A DNA stretch of 64,000 nt from NCBI GenBank assembly GCA_034520945.1, contig JAXHNB010000005.1:736001-800000 (forward strand). The letters are read 5' to 3'. The notes below the pieces were generated by a model. It had not been told where the DNA came from. It did not search any database and saw only the letters and a program-made list of their open reading frames with translations. Positions 9,983 to 22,664 of this stretch are shown here, piece after piece (the first letter of the stretch is position 1; every line of letters starts with the position of its first letter). This stretch comes from Trueperaceae bacterium (GTDB lineage: Bacteria > Deinococcota > Deinococci > Deinococcales > Trueperaceae). The translations under genes and the position numbers were made by a program.

Positions 9983-11281
9983 TCAGGCGGCGAGCTCCGC
10001 GAAGGCGTGGGTCGCCGCCTGGACCATGCGGGCCACGTCGCTCTCCTCGTGCGCATAGGACAGGAACGCCGACTCGAACTGGCTGGCCGGCCAGTAGACG
10101 CCGCGCGACAGCATGCCGTGGAACCAGCGGCCGAACGCCTCGGTGTCGCTGGCCTTGGCGGTCACGTCGTCGTGGACGGCCTGGTCCGTGAAGAACGGCG
10201 TGATCATCGAACCGACCCGGTTCACGACCAACGGCACCCCTTCGCCGCGGGCGGCGGCTTCCAGGCCGACCTGCAGCTGCGCGCCGCGCGCCTCGAGGAC
10301 GTCGTACAGGTCCGGCGTGTCGTCGATCACGCGCAGCATCGCCAGCCCGGCCGCCATCGCCAGCGGGTTGCCGGACAGCGTGCCCGCCTGGTACACGGGC
10401 CCGCCGGGCGACAGCTGGTCCATCAGCGCGGCCGACCCGCCGAAGGCGCCTACCGGCAGCCCTCCACCGATGATCTTGCCCCAGCAGATCAGGTCGGGCG
10501 CCAGCCCGTAGCGTTCGGTCGCCCCGCCGCGCGCCACCCGGAAGCCCGTCATCACCTCGTCGGCGATCAGCACGGCGCCGTGCGCCTTGCTCAGGCGCTG
10601 CAGGGCCTCCAGGAACGCCGGCTCGGGCGGCACCACGCCCATGTTGCCCGCCACCGGCTCGAAGATGACGGCGGCGATCTCGTCGCCGTGCGCGTCGAAC
10701 AGCGCCTCCAGGCCGGCCACGTCGCCGTAGCGCACGACGCTGGTCAGGGCCGCGGTGGCGTCCGGCACGCCGGCGCTGGAGGGCACGCCCGTCGTCATCG
10801 CGCCCGAACCGGCCGCGACCAACAGCCCGTCGACGTGCCCGTGGTAGTTGCCGGCGAACTTGACCACCCGGTCGCGTCCGGTCGCCCCCCGAGCCAGCCG
10901 GACGGCGCTCATGGTCGCCTCCGTGCCGCTGTTCACGAAACGGAGCCGCTCCACATTGGGGTGACGGTCGATGACCGCCTCCGCCAGCTCGACCTCGGCG
11001 CGGATGGGTGCGCCGAAGCTGGTGCCCTTGCTCAACGCCTCCTGAACGGCGCGCACCACCGCGGGGTGGGCGTGCCCCAGCAGCAGGGGCCCCCACGAGC
11101 CCACCGCGTCGACGTAGGCGTTGCCGTCCTCGTCCCACACGCGCGGCCCCTCGCCGCGCTCCAGGAACGGCGGGGTGCCGCCCACGCTGCCGAACGCCCG
11201 GACGGGCGAGTTCACCCCGCCCGGGATGCGGGCGCGCGCACGTTCGAAGAGGTCGGCGGATCGTGTACGGTTCATGTCCAT
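9983..11281 (-). CDS. hemL: glutamate-1-semialdehyde 2,1-aminomutase
   Basis: IPGGVNSPVRAF, NSGTEATMSA, DEVMTGFR, GKIIGGGLP, YQAGTLSGNP. Confidence 0.96.
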   Translation of the reverse strand: MDMNRTRSADLFERARARIPGGVNSPVRAFGSVGGTPPFLERGEGPRVWDEDGNAYVDAVGSWGPLLLGHAHPAVVRAVQEALSKGTSFGAPIRAEVELAEAVIDRHPNVERLRFVNSGTEATMSAVRLARGATGRDRVVKFAGNYHGHVDGLLVAAGSGAMTTGVPSSAGVPDATAALTSVVRYGDVAGLEALFDAHGDEIAAVIFEPVAGNMGVVPPEPAFLEALQRLSKAHGAVLIADEVMTGFRVARGGATERYGLAPDLICWGKIIGGGLPVGAFGGSAALMDQLSPGGPVYQAGTLSGNPLAMAAGLAMLRVIDDTPDLYDVLEARGAQLQVGLEAAARGEGVPLVVNRVGSMITPFFTDQAVHDDVTAKASDTEAFGRWFHGMLSRGVYWPASQFESAFLSYAHEESDVARMVQAATHAFAELAA

Positions 11282-11379
11282 GGCGGCATGTTCGCATGCC
11301 CGGCCGGCGCGCGGCGTCGCGAATCGCGGCTGCTACCATTCAAGCTCGAGGTCGGACCCAACGGGGCGAGGAGGAGACG

Positions 11380-12240
11380 GTGCCCATCATTTCGGTGCTT
11401 CAGAGCGTGGCGAGCCCCTGGCTCGACGCGGTCGCATTGGCGCTCACCCACGGCGGGTCCGAGCAGGCCTACGTGGCGTTGCTCCTGGTCGCGTACCTGG
11501 CGGTGGACGCCCGGGCCGGCCGGCTGCTGGGCATGTCGGTGCTGATCAGCTACTACCTGAACCAGCAGGCCAAGGCGTGGTTCGACACCGCACGGCCGTT
11601 CGTGGACGATCCTGCCCTGCTGCGCTCCGAAGCGGCCCGTCTGACCGCGCCGGGCGCCGCGTTTCCCAGCGGTCACGTGCAGACCGCCACCACCTTCTGG
11701 GGGCTGGTGGCCGCCCTGGTGCGGCGCCGCTGGGTCACCTGGGCGTGCGCCTCCGTGATCACCGTGATGGCGGCCACGCGCCTGTACCTGGGCCTGCACT
11801 GGCCGATCGACGTGCTGGGCGGCGTGCTGCTGGGCCTGGCCGTGGTGGCGGCGGCGCTGGCGCTGGCGCGGTGGCGGCCGCGGCTCGGCTTGCCCCTGCG
11901 CATGGCGGGCTGGGTGGCGGGGCCCCTGGCCGTGCACCTGGTGTGGCCGACGACGGACAGTGGCTTGATCGCAGGCGCGCTGGCCGGGTTCGCGACGGGG
12001 CCCGAGGTGGTGCGCTACCGGCCCACCGGTTCGGCCTGGCGCCGGGCGGGCATCGCCGCGCTGGGGTTGGCGCTGGTGTTCGCGTGGCTGCTGGGCACCA
12101 GCGTCGCGCTGCCCGAGGCCGCGAAGGACCACGCGTTGGTGGCGCCGCTGCGGTACTTCGTGCTGGCCTGGATGGGCGTGGTGGCGGCCCCGTGGCTGGC
12201 GATGCGCCTGGGCTGGATGCCGCGGCCGCGGCCCGCGTGA
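11380..12240 (+). CDS. PAP2-family membrane phosphatase
   Basis: KxxxxxxRP, FPSGH and TRLYLGLHWPIDV motifs. GTG after a GAGGAG SD. Confidence 0.88.
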   Translation: MPIISVLQSVASPWLDAVALALTHGGSEQAYVALLLVAYLAVDARAGRLLGMSVLISYYLNQQAKAWFDTARPFVDDPALLRSEAARLTAPGAAFPSGHVQTATTFWGLVAALVRRRWVTWACASVITVMAATRLYLGLHWPIDVLGGVLLGLAVVAAALALARWRPRLGLPLRMAGWVAGPLAVHLVWPTTDSGLIAGALAGFATGPEVVRYRPTGSAWRRAGIAALGLALVFAWLLGTSVALPEAAKDHALVAPLRYFVLAWMGVVAAPWLAMRLGWMPRPRPA

Positions 12241-13076
12241 GCGCCGACCTGCCGGCCGCGTTTCGGCGCGTGGCCCTCACCCTGGAGTTCGACGGCACCG
12301 ACTTCCGCGGCTGGCAACGCCAACCCACCGAGGAACGGACCGTTCAGGGCGCGATCGAAGCGGCGTTCGCGGCCCTTCCCGGCCCCCACGGCGCCGTTCA
12401 CGGCGCGGGACGCACCGATGCCGGCGTGCATTCTCTGGCGATGGTCGCGCACTGCGACACCGCCAGCCGCATCTCCGACGAGAAGCTCCGGCTGGCGCTG
12501 AACGCGCACCTGCCGGGGGACGTGGCCGTGCTGGCGGTGCGCACCGTCCCCGCGTCGTTCGAGGCGCAGTTCTCGTGCCGCTACCGCCGCTACCTGTACC
12601 GGATGCGCTTGGCGCGCGACCGGCCGCGCGGGGTGGCGTTGGACCGCGACCGGGTCCTGATGCTGTTGCGGCGCCTGGACGTGGACGCCATGACGCGTGC
12701 CGCCCCGGCGTTCGAGGGCACCCAGGACTTCTCGAGCCTGGCGACGCAGGAGACCCGCAGCCGCGTCCGCACGGTCCACCTGTGCCGCCTTCGCCGGCGC
12801 GGCGACGACCTGTCCCTTCACGTCGCCGCCGACGGGTTCCTCCGCGGGATGGTGCGCGCGATCATTGGCACGCTGATCTGGGTGGGGCAGGGGACGTTGG
12901 CGGCCGACGAGGTGCCGGCCGTCCTGGCCGCCCGGGCGCGCATGCGCGCCGGTCACGCCGCCAAGGCGCACGCCCTGTACTTCGTCGAGGCCGGCTACGA
13001 CGCCTGGGACGAGGCGCGCAGCGACGCGCACGTGGCCGACATCTGGGCCGGTCGCGGTAGCATCGCGGCATGGTGA
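12237..13076 (+). CDS. truA: tRNA pseudouridine(38-40) synthase
   Basis: FDGTDFRGWQRQ, GAGRTDAGVH, GFLRGMVR. GTGA overlap with the upstream gene. Confidence 0.94.
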   Translation: MSADLPAAFRRVALTLEFDGTDFRGWQRQPTEERTVQGAIEAAFAALPGPHGAVHGAGRTDAGVHSLAMVAHCDTASRISDEKLRLALNAHLPGDVAVLAVRTVPASFEAQFSCRYRRYLYRMRLARDRPRGVALDRDRVLMLLRRLDVDAMTRAAPAFEGTQDFSSLATQETRSRVRTVHLCRLRRRGDDLSLHVAADGFLRGMVRAIIGTLIWVGQGTLAADEVPAVLAARARMRAGHAAKAHALYFVEAGYDAWDEARSDAHVADIWAGRGSIAAW

Positions 13077-13525
13077 ACGAGCGGACCGTGGTCCAGGCCC
13101 GACCGCTAGATCCTGACGACGCCGAGGCCCTGGCGGCCATCGACCTGCGCGATGCCGCGCGGACGGGTCGGGCCCCGGCCTTGAACCGGGGCGCCCTCGC
13201 GTTCTATGGGCGGAGCGGGCACGCCTTCACCGCCTGGCGTGACGGGACGCCCCAGGGCTTCGCCCTGGCGCAGGCGGTCTGGGACGGGGATCAGGCGACG
13301 GTTCGGTTGGCGACGTTGGCGCTGGCGGACGCCTCCGACCACGAGGTCCGTGCCGCCCTGCTCGAAGCGGTCACCAAGAGCGCCTACGACGCTGCCGTCT
13401 ACGCGTTGGCCGCGGACGTTCCCGACGCCGATCCGGAGGCGCGCGCCCTGTTCGAAGCCGCCGGTTGGCGCCCCCTGGCCGCCCGCCCGTACCGCCGCAC
13501 GCTCGGCTCGCGGGGAACGCCGTGA
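13070..13525 (+). CDS. DUF1999-like GNAT-fold protein
   Basis: ALAFYGRSGHAF, GFALAQAVWDGD, VTKSAYDAAVY. Confidence 0.75.
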   Translation: MVNERTVVQARPLDPDDAEALAAIDLRDAARTGRAPALNRGALAFYGRSGHAFTAWRDGTPQGFALAQAVWDGDQATVRLATLALADASDHEVRAALLEAVTKSAYDAAVYALAADVPDADPEARALFEAAGWRPLAARPYRRTLGSRGTP

Positions 13526-13743
13526 GCCAGGAGGCGGCCCGCATCCTGCTCGGGGTGCGAGGCATGACGACCGCGGAGTCCCGCACGCGCGTTCACGAGG
13601 CGTTGCGTGGCCTGCCGGGCGTGCACGGGGTCGAGGCGGGGGACACCGAACAGGTGGAGGTGCGCTACGACCCCACCGAAGCGACCGTGATGGACATGAT
13701 CCGAGCGCTCAGACATCTCGGCTTCCTGGCCGGTATGGAATGA
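13522..13743 (+). CDS. HMA (CopZ)-like small protein lacking the CxxC motif
   Basis: LGVRGMTTAES...ALRGLPGV...VRYDP...IRALRHLGF follows the HMA pattern. GTGA and ATGA overlaps on either side. Confidence 0.75.
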   Translation: MSQEAARILLGVRGMTTAESRTRVHEALRGLPGVHGVEAGDTEQVEVRYDPTEATVMDMIRALRHLGFLAGME

Positions 13744-14063
13744 GGCACCAGCCGGCCGGCCAGGGCGAGGCGCCCGTCTGGATCGGCGTCCTCACCATCA
13801 CCGCGGAGACGCCGAGCGCGCGCTCGCGCAAGCACAAGCGCGGCATGATCGCACCCCTGGTCGAGCGCCTCCGAACACGGTTCCCGTTCACGGTCGCGCG
13901 CGTCGGCGGACAAGAGGCGCTGGATCACGAGGTGCTGGTGGCGGTCACCGTCAGCGGCGACCCGGAGGTGTGCCGCGCATTGCTGCAGCGCGCCACCACC
14001 TTCGCGGAGGGGATGGGCCTCACCCTGCGCGACGTCCGCAGCGAGGTGGAGCGGTGGGACTGA
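13740..14063 (+). CDS. DUF503 (YlxP-like) protein
   Basis: IGVLTI...ARSRKHKR...ERLRTRFPFTVARVG; ATGA overlap. Confidence 0.75.
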   Translation: MRHQPAGQGEAPVWIGVLTITAETPSARSRKHKRGMIAPLVERLRTRFPFTVARVGGQEALDHEVLVAVTVSGDPEVCRALLQRATTFAEGMGLTLRDVRSEVERWD

Positions 14064-14197
14064 TCGCCACGGGCGGCGCGAAACGGCCTCTGCGCGCGCG
14101 GCGGGTACAATGCCCGGAGGAAACGTCGTTCGCCGGCGCGCGGCCGTGCCGGCGGCGGCCCTGACGCTACGATCCCGCAGCGCCCGAGGAGGCCGCG

Positions 14198-14665
14198 ATG
14201 CGCGACGAGCTGCACGACGAGGTTCACGAGGACGCGCCCCAGAAGGAGGACGTCCCGCGACCCCAGAAGAGCGGCGGACCGGCTCGGTCCCGGCGCAAGC
14301 CCGCCCGCCCGGCCCCCGTCACGTACGGCGACGCGACGCACGTCACCGACGCGGCGCTGGCGACCTTGATCGGCCTGGCGGCGCACGAGGTGCCCGGCGT
14401 GGTGGGCATGGCGCCCGCCAACCTCGGCGAGGGGCTCCGCCGCATCCTCGGCGGCGCGCAGGCCAATGAAGGGGTCGAGATTCATCGCAACGACGACACC
14501 CCCGATCGCGCCGAGGTGGTCCTGCACGTGGTGGTGGCCTACGGTGTCAACATCCCCGTGGTCGCCGAATCGATCTCGGAGCGCGTCCGCTACATCGCGC
14601 GCCACGACGCGGGCGTCACGTTGGACGACGTCCGGGTGCACGTCGCGGGGGTGTCCCGTGACTGA
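14198..14665 (+). CDS. Asp23/Gls24 family protein (YloU-like)
   Basis: AAHEVPGVVGM and VVVAYGVNIPVVA; directly upstream of the DAK2 gene, as in yloU-yloV. Confidence 0.88.
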   Translation: MRDELHDEVHEDAPQKEDVPRPQKSGGPARSRRKPARPAPVTYGDATHVTDAALATLIGLAAHEVPGVVGMAPANLGEGLRRILGGAQANEGVEIHRNDDTPDRAEVVLHVVVAYGVNIPVVAESISERVRYIARHDAGVTLDDVRVHVAGVSRD

Positions 14666-16265
14666 GGTCGCGCAGGAAGCGCCGCGCGCCTTGGCCGCCA
14701 AGGCGCTGAGCCGCGCCTTCGTGTTCGCCACCGACTGGCTGGGCGTGCACGTCGACGAGGTCAACGCGCTCAACGTCTACCCGGTGCCCGACGGCGACAC
14801 CGGCACCAACATGCACCTCACCATGCAGTCGGTGCGGCGCCAACTGAACGACGAGAACCCCCGCACCATGGAGGGACTGGCGCACGCCCTGTCGTACGGC
14901 TCGCTTCTGGGGGCGCGCGGCAACTCCGGCGTGATCCTGAGTCAGGTGTTGAAGGGCTTCGCCGAGGTGATCCGCCACGAAAACGAACTGGACGCCGGCG
15001 GCCTGCGCCGCGCCCTGACGCAGGCGACCAGCAGCGCGTACGCGGCGGTGATGAAACCGGTCGAGGGCACCATCCTCAGCGTCTCGCGCGCCGTGTCGGA
15101 ACGGGCCGAGGCGGGCAGTGAGACGACGCCGTTGGAGCTGCTTCGCGCGGCGCACCAGGCCGGACACGACGCGCTGGCGCGCACGCCGGAGCAACTGCCG
15201 CTCCTCAAGCAGGCCAATGTCGTGGATGCAGGGGGACTGGGGCTGCTGCGCGTGATCGAAGGGGTGCTGGCGTACTTCGACGAGCGCGATCTTCCCCCAC
15301 CGCCGAAGGTGGAACGCCGCGCGCAGCTCGGCTTCGACGAGGAGGCGTTCGGGTTCTGCACCGAGTTCCTGTTGCGCGACGCGACCGTCCCCACCAAGCA
15401 GATCCAGAAGCTGGTCGCGCCGTACGGCGATTCGCTTCTGGTGGTGGGGGCCGAAGGGTACGTCAAGGGGCACATCCACACCGAGGAGCCGGAACGGTTG
15501 TTGGCCGAGGTGGGGCGCTACGGCCACATGGTGCGCTCCAAGGTCGAGGACATGAGCGAACAGCACAGCGAGATCCTGGCCAGCGTCGACATGTCGGAGG
15601 CTGAGCCGCCCCGCGTCGCGCTGGTGGCGGTCGCCGACGGGTACGGCGTCACCAAGGCCTTCCGTAGCCTGGGCGCCCGCGTGGTCGGTGGGGGCCAGAC
15701 CAACAACCCCTCCGTGCAGGACATCGCCGATGCCGTGCGCAGCGTAGGCGCGGAGACGGTGATCGTGATGCCGAACAACAAGAACGTCGTGCTGGCCGCC
15801 GAACGCGTCGACGAACTGCTGCCCGACCACGACGTTCACGTCCTGCCCACCCGCACCATGGGCGAGGGGCTGGCGGCGGCGGTGTCGTTCCGCGACGATG
15901 CCGACGACGTAGGCGCCCTCCTGAGTGAAATGCGCGCTGCTGCGGAAAACGCCGTGACGATCGAGGTGACGATCGCCAGCCGCGACGTCACCATCGACGA
16001 CGTCTCGGTCGCCGAGGGACAGTTCATCGGGCTGGTCGACGGCGCCCTCCGTAGAAGCGGCGACGACCCTGCCGAGGTGCTGCGCCACCTGGTCGCGGCC
16101 TGCGCCAGTGAGGCGGAGATCGGCACGCTGTTCCACAGCAGCGCCGTCGGAGAGGACGAGGCGCGGGCCCTGGCCGACGCGTTGATGGCGGACGTCGAAG
16201 AGCTGGAGGTCGAGGTTCACCCCGGCGCGCCGGACCTGTACCCGTTTCTGATGGTGCTGGAGTAG
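14658..16265 (+). CDS. fakA: DAK2-domain fatty acid kinase subunit A (YloV/FakA)
   Basis: LNVYPVPDGDTGTNM, GARGNSGVILSQ, FGFCTEF, GGQTNNPS, PNNKN. Confidence 0.9.
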   Translation: MTEVAQEAPRALAAKALSRAFVFATDWLGVHVDEVNALNVYPVPDGDTGTNMHLTMQSVRRQLNDENPRTMEGLAHALSYGSLLGARGNSGVILSQVLKGFAEVIRHENELDAGGLRRALTQATSSAYAAVMKPVEGTILSVSRAVSERAEAGSETTPLELLRAAHQAGHDALARTPEQLPLLKQANVVDAGGLGLLRVIEGVLAYFDERDLPPPPKVERRAQLGFDEEAFGFCTEFLLRDATVPTKQIQKLVAPYGDSLLVVGAEGYVKGHIHTEEPERLLAEVGRYGHMVRSKVEDMSEQHSEILASVDMSEAEPPRVALVAVADGYGVTKAFRSLGARVVGGGQTNNPSVQDIADAVRSVGAETVIVMPNNKNVVLAAERVDELLPDHDVHVLPTRTMGEGLAAAVSFRDDADDVGALLSEMRAAAENAVTIEVTIASRDVTIDDVSVAEGQFIGLVDGALRRSGDDPAEVLRHLVAACASEAEIGTLFHSSAVGEDEARALADALMADVEELEVEVHPGAPDLYPFLMVLE

Positions 16266-16382
16266 CCGCCGCCCGCCCGGGGTTCGCGAACGTGAACGTG
16301 AAGGTGCCCTGAAGATGTGGGCCGCGGTCGTTCACGGCGGCCGGCGCCGAAGCGGCTATGATGAAACGCAAGGAGGCTTCAC

Positions 16383-17204
16383 ATGATGAACCTACGTACC
16401 GGACTCGGTCTTGCTCTATTGGCGCTGTTGCTAGGGGCGTGCAATGGGTTGGATGGGGGATTGGTGGACTTCGATATTTCAGCCAGGACGTCGACGGAAC
16501 CTGCGATCGGCGATGAGGCACCGCAACTCACGGAACGCCTGGCTCCGGGCGAAACGGTTGTTCGCAGTGTCGAGGTTTCGTCTCAGGGGGGCGATGCCCT
16601 GTACCTGTATCTCGACGAATCCCTCGAGTTGAGCGTAGAGAACGGCTTCGGTTCATTGCTCGCGTTCAGCGCGAGACCCGATTACTTCACATCGCATAGA
16701 GTCGTCGGTCTCGATGCCGATGCGGCTGCACTGCGACCGGCCGACATCGGTGTCAACCAGACCTGCCCTGGTTCGTGCGTGATCCTGCCCAACCGGGGAG
16801 CCAACCGGTACCTGGAGATTCACAATTCGACGTCGTCGACCGTAACGGTGGGCGTCTACGCCGTACTGCGCGACTTCGAGGACGGCAATGAGTACCAGTC
16901 CCATCCCATCGCGTTGCCCGGTGGCGTAACGCGCGGAGCGATCGAGACATTGGGGGACGTTGACGAGTTCGAGGTCCAGACGAGCGGGACGTTGTTCTTG
17001 GATCCTGGCCAACAAGATTCAGCGATCCCCTACGAAGCACGCATTTCCGATCCAACTGGCGTTAATCCGACACGGACGATCACGGCCGGAGAAAGTGAAC
17101 AGGTTTCGACGTTCGAAATTGTTCGCGTCCAGTCAGGCGGTTCGACCGAACGCGCCGGTGTGTCGGGTGCGAGCAAGTACACGCTAGACCTCCAGACGGA
17201 CTGA
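16383..17204 (+). CDS. hypothetical lipoprotein
   Basis: AAGGAGG SD, lipobox LLGA-C, CPGSC, GAIETLGDVDEF. Visibly more A/T-ending codons than neighbouring genes. Confidence 0.8.
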   Translation: MMNLRTGLGLALLALLLGACNGLDGGLVDFDISARTSTEPAIGDEAPQLTERLAPGETVVRSVEVSSQGGDALYLYLDESLELSVENGFGSLLAFSARPDYFTSHRVVGLDADAAALRPADIGVNQTCPGSCVILPNRGANRYLEIHNSTSSTVTVGVYAVLRDFEDGNEYQSHPIALPGGVTRGAIETLGDVDEFEVQTSGTLFLDPGQQDSAIPYEARISDPTGVNPTRTITAGESEQVSTFEIVRVQSGGSTERAGVSGASKYTLDLQTD

Positions 17205-17216
17205 TTCACGCCGTTC

Positions 17217-18098
17217 GTGGCAACGTTGCGTAGACCGCCAATGCCAGAGCGCGGTCGCGAAGTGCCGGTCAGGACCGCGCGCGCCGCGGTCCTGACCTTC
17301 GCGTTGGCGCTGCTAACCGCCGGTTGGGCGTGCGAGGCGCCGCCCGAGGGCCCGGCGCGCTTCGCGCAGGCGGTGGAGGCCCTCGATCCGGACTTGGCGG
17401 CCTGGTCGGCGTTACGCCTCGGCGACGACGCGCGGGCGGTGCTGACATACCGCGAAGCCCACGCCGTCCCGAACGCGGAGGGGAATCCAGAGCCGCCGCC
17501 GTGGGAGGCGCTGGCGCGGGCGTACGACACGCCCTGGGAGGAAGCGGTCCAGGACGGCGGCGCGGGCCCCAGTGACGCGGCGTTGCGCCGCTGGCAGCGG
17601 GCCGCAGCCGAGCGCGTGCGTCCCTACGCCATCCTCGTCGAGGAGGAGGGGGACGAAGGCCGCCTGGCGTTCCTGGGGGCGTATTGGACCTCGCCCGTGA
17701 TCGATCGCTTGCGGGTGGTGCGCCCGCCGGGCGACGGGTCGGTAGCGACCACGCCGGGCGCCATCCTCGACGCGTTGGAGACCTGTGCCGTGGAGGTCGA
17801 GGAGTGGATCGTGGGGGGTCCTGCGTTGGCGCGGCGCCTGCTCTCGGCCAGCGACGGGCCCACCATGCTGGTGGTCGGGCGGCGTCAGGAGGGGGGGATG
17901 GTTCGGGCCTGGATCGGACCGGACGAGGTGCTGGCGGCGCTCCAATTCGAGCACCCCGCGACGCGCGAGCTGACCTCGTTCAGCGCCTGGTTCTCCGGCT
18001 CGGGGCCCGGGCCGGTGGCGTTGGCGCGGGCGCTGCCCGGGGTTCGGAGCAGCATGGGGCCTCGCGCGCTGCTGCGGCTGGTGCGAGGGATTCGCTGA
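17217..18098 (+). CDS. hypothetical exported protein (start uncertain)
   Basis: Fills the gap between the lipoprotein and pyrF, has host-like codon usage and a hydrophobic N-terminal segment (AAVLTFALALLTAGWAC). Confidence 0.6.
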   Translation: MATLRRPPMPERGREVPVRTARAAVLTFALALLTAGWACEAPPEGPARFAQAVEALDPDLAAWSALRLGDDARAVLTYREAHAVPNAEGNPEPPPWEALARAYDTPWEEAVQDGGAGPSDAALRRWQRAAAERVRPYAILVEEEGDEGRLAFLGAYWTSPVIDRLRVVRPPGDGSVATTPGAILDALETCAVEVEEWIVGGPALARRLLSASDGPTMLVVGRRQEGGMVRAWIGPDEVLAALQFEHPATRELTSFSAWFSGSGPGPVALARALPGVRSSMGPRALLRLVRGIR

Positions 18099-18140
18099 GC
18101 AGGACCGGCGGCCGGTGGCGCGGGAAGGGGCCCCGGTTCC

Positions 18141-19087
18141 TCAGGCGCGCACGGCGGCCAGGGCGTCCCGCATCTCGCGGGCGGCGCGGGCCGCTTCGGC
18201 GGGCGGATCGTCGCCGCCTACGTAGGTGAGGCTGCGGCTGGCCGACACGACCGCACCAAGGCCGCCTGCGTCGAACGCGCCGGCGACGTCGCCGGCGCGG
18301 GCGCCCTGCGCGCCGTAGCCGGGCACCAACAGCAGCGCGTGCGGCAGGCGCGCCCGCAACGCCCGCAGCTGCGTGGGGTCGGTGGCGCCGACCACGGCGC
18401 CCAGCGGCCCGTAGCCGCGCGCGTCCACGCCCAGGTCGCGGGCGCGCTCGGTCAAGAGGTCCGCCAGGCGTTCCGACACGGTGCGGGCGCCGGTGGCGGT
18501 GGTCTCCAGCGCCAGGTCTTGCAGGTCGGCCGCGCCGGGGTTGCTGGTGCGGACCAGCACGAACAGGCCGCGGCCGTGGCGCGTCGCGGCCGTCACGAAC
18601 GGTTCCAGCGCGTCCATGCCGAGGTAGGCGTTCACGGTGAGGGCGTCGGCGGCGAACACCCCGTCCTCCAGGTAGGCGCCCGCGTACGCCTCGGCGGTCG
18701 CGCCGACGTCGCCGCGTTTGGCGTCGAGGATGCTGGGGATGTCGCGCTCGCGTAGGTCGGCCAGGAGCTGCGCCATGCCGATCATGCCCGGCACGCCCAG
18801 GCGCTCGAAGAAGGCGCTTTGCACCTTGACGCAGGCCAGGTAGGGCGCCGCCGCATCGATCAGGTCACGGAAGTAGACGGTCACGGCCCGCGCCACCTGG
18901 GCGGGGTCGCCGCCGTGCGTGTCCGGATGGGTGGCGGGGTGGCGTTCGGGGCGGGGGTCGACGCCCAGGCACACGGCCGTGCCCAGCGACGCGATGCGGT
19001 CCAGAACGCGTGCGTGGAACGGCGCGCCTTCCGCGTCCGCGCCGTCGCGCCCGCCGGCCGGGGCGTCCGGCCGGTCGCTGCCTGGGC

Positions 19088-19091
<4 letters not shown>
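18141..19091 (-). CDS. pyrF: orotidine-5'-phosphate decarboxylase (type 2)
   Basis: [43 protein letters not shown]. Confidence 0.95.
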
Positions 19092-21880
<2,789 letters not shown>

Positions 21881-22010
21881 GCGTATGGGACTCCCTATCG
21901 ACGGAACGCCGTTCCGGCGGGTCGCCGGCGCGTACGCGGCGACCCGCCGGGGGCCGCCTGGCAAATGCGCTTCAGTCTACCACCCGTGCGTCCCTGGCCC
22001 GTCGGCCGTT

Positions 22011-22577
22011 CTACGCGCCGGGGACGTCCACGCGCGTGATCGCGTTGTTGCCGTAGCGCCGCACGGAGGCCACCTCGTCGCCCGCCCCGGCGAGCGACGC
22101 CAACTCCGGCGCCAGCGCGGCGCGCACGTTCAGATGGGACGGGTGCTGAAACAGGTAGCGACCGCCCGCTCGGGCCGGTCCCGCCTGAAGCACGGCGCGG
22201 AACACCTCCACCACATCGGTGGGGTAGGGGGGTGCCGCGAACACCAGTTCGAACGCGGCGGGGTGGGTGCGTACGTAGGCCAACGCGTCCGCGCGCACGA
22301 CCTCGGCGTCCAGCCCCAGCCGCCGGGCGTTGCGGCGCACCACCTCGGCGGCGCGGCGGTCCCGCTCGACGCAGACGGCGGGAAACCCGCGGCTGGCCGC
22401 TTCCAGGCCTACGGCGCCCGAGCCGGCGTACAGGTCCAGGAACGGGCCCCGCGGGCGGAACTGCACCATGTCGAACACCGCCTCGCGGAGGCGGGCGGGG
22501 CTGGGGCGCGTGCCGCGGGTGGGCGTTTCCAGGACCTGGCCCTTGGCGGAGCCGGACAGGATGCGGGGGCGGGCCAT
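22011..22577 (-). CDS. rsmD: RsmD-family 16S rRNA methyltransferase
   Basis: RILSGSAKG, TRPSPARLREAVF, LDLYAGSGAVGLEAASRG, APPY. Confidence 0.88.
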   Translation of the reverse strand: MARPRILSGSAKGQVLETPTRGTRPSPARLREAVFDMVQFRPRGPFLDLYAGSGAVGLEAASRGFPAVCVERDRRAAEVVRRNARRLGLDAEVVRADALAYVRTHPAAFELVFAAPPYPTDVVEVFRAVLQAGPARAGGRYLFQHPSHLNVRAALAPELASLAGAGDEVASVRRYGNNAITRVDVPGA

Positions 22578-22664
22578 GGCGTCATGTTCCCACGTCGTGG
22601 CACCAGGGGGCGCCGCGGTCAAAGGAACGGCGTCGTGGCGGCCGCCGGCTGCTATCGTCGCGCC

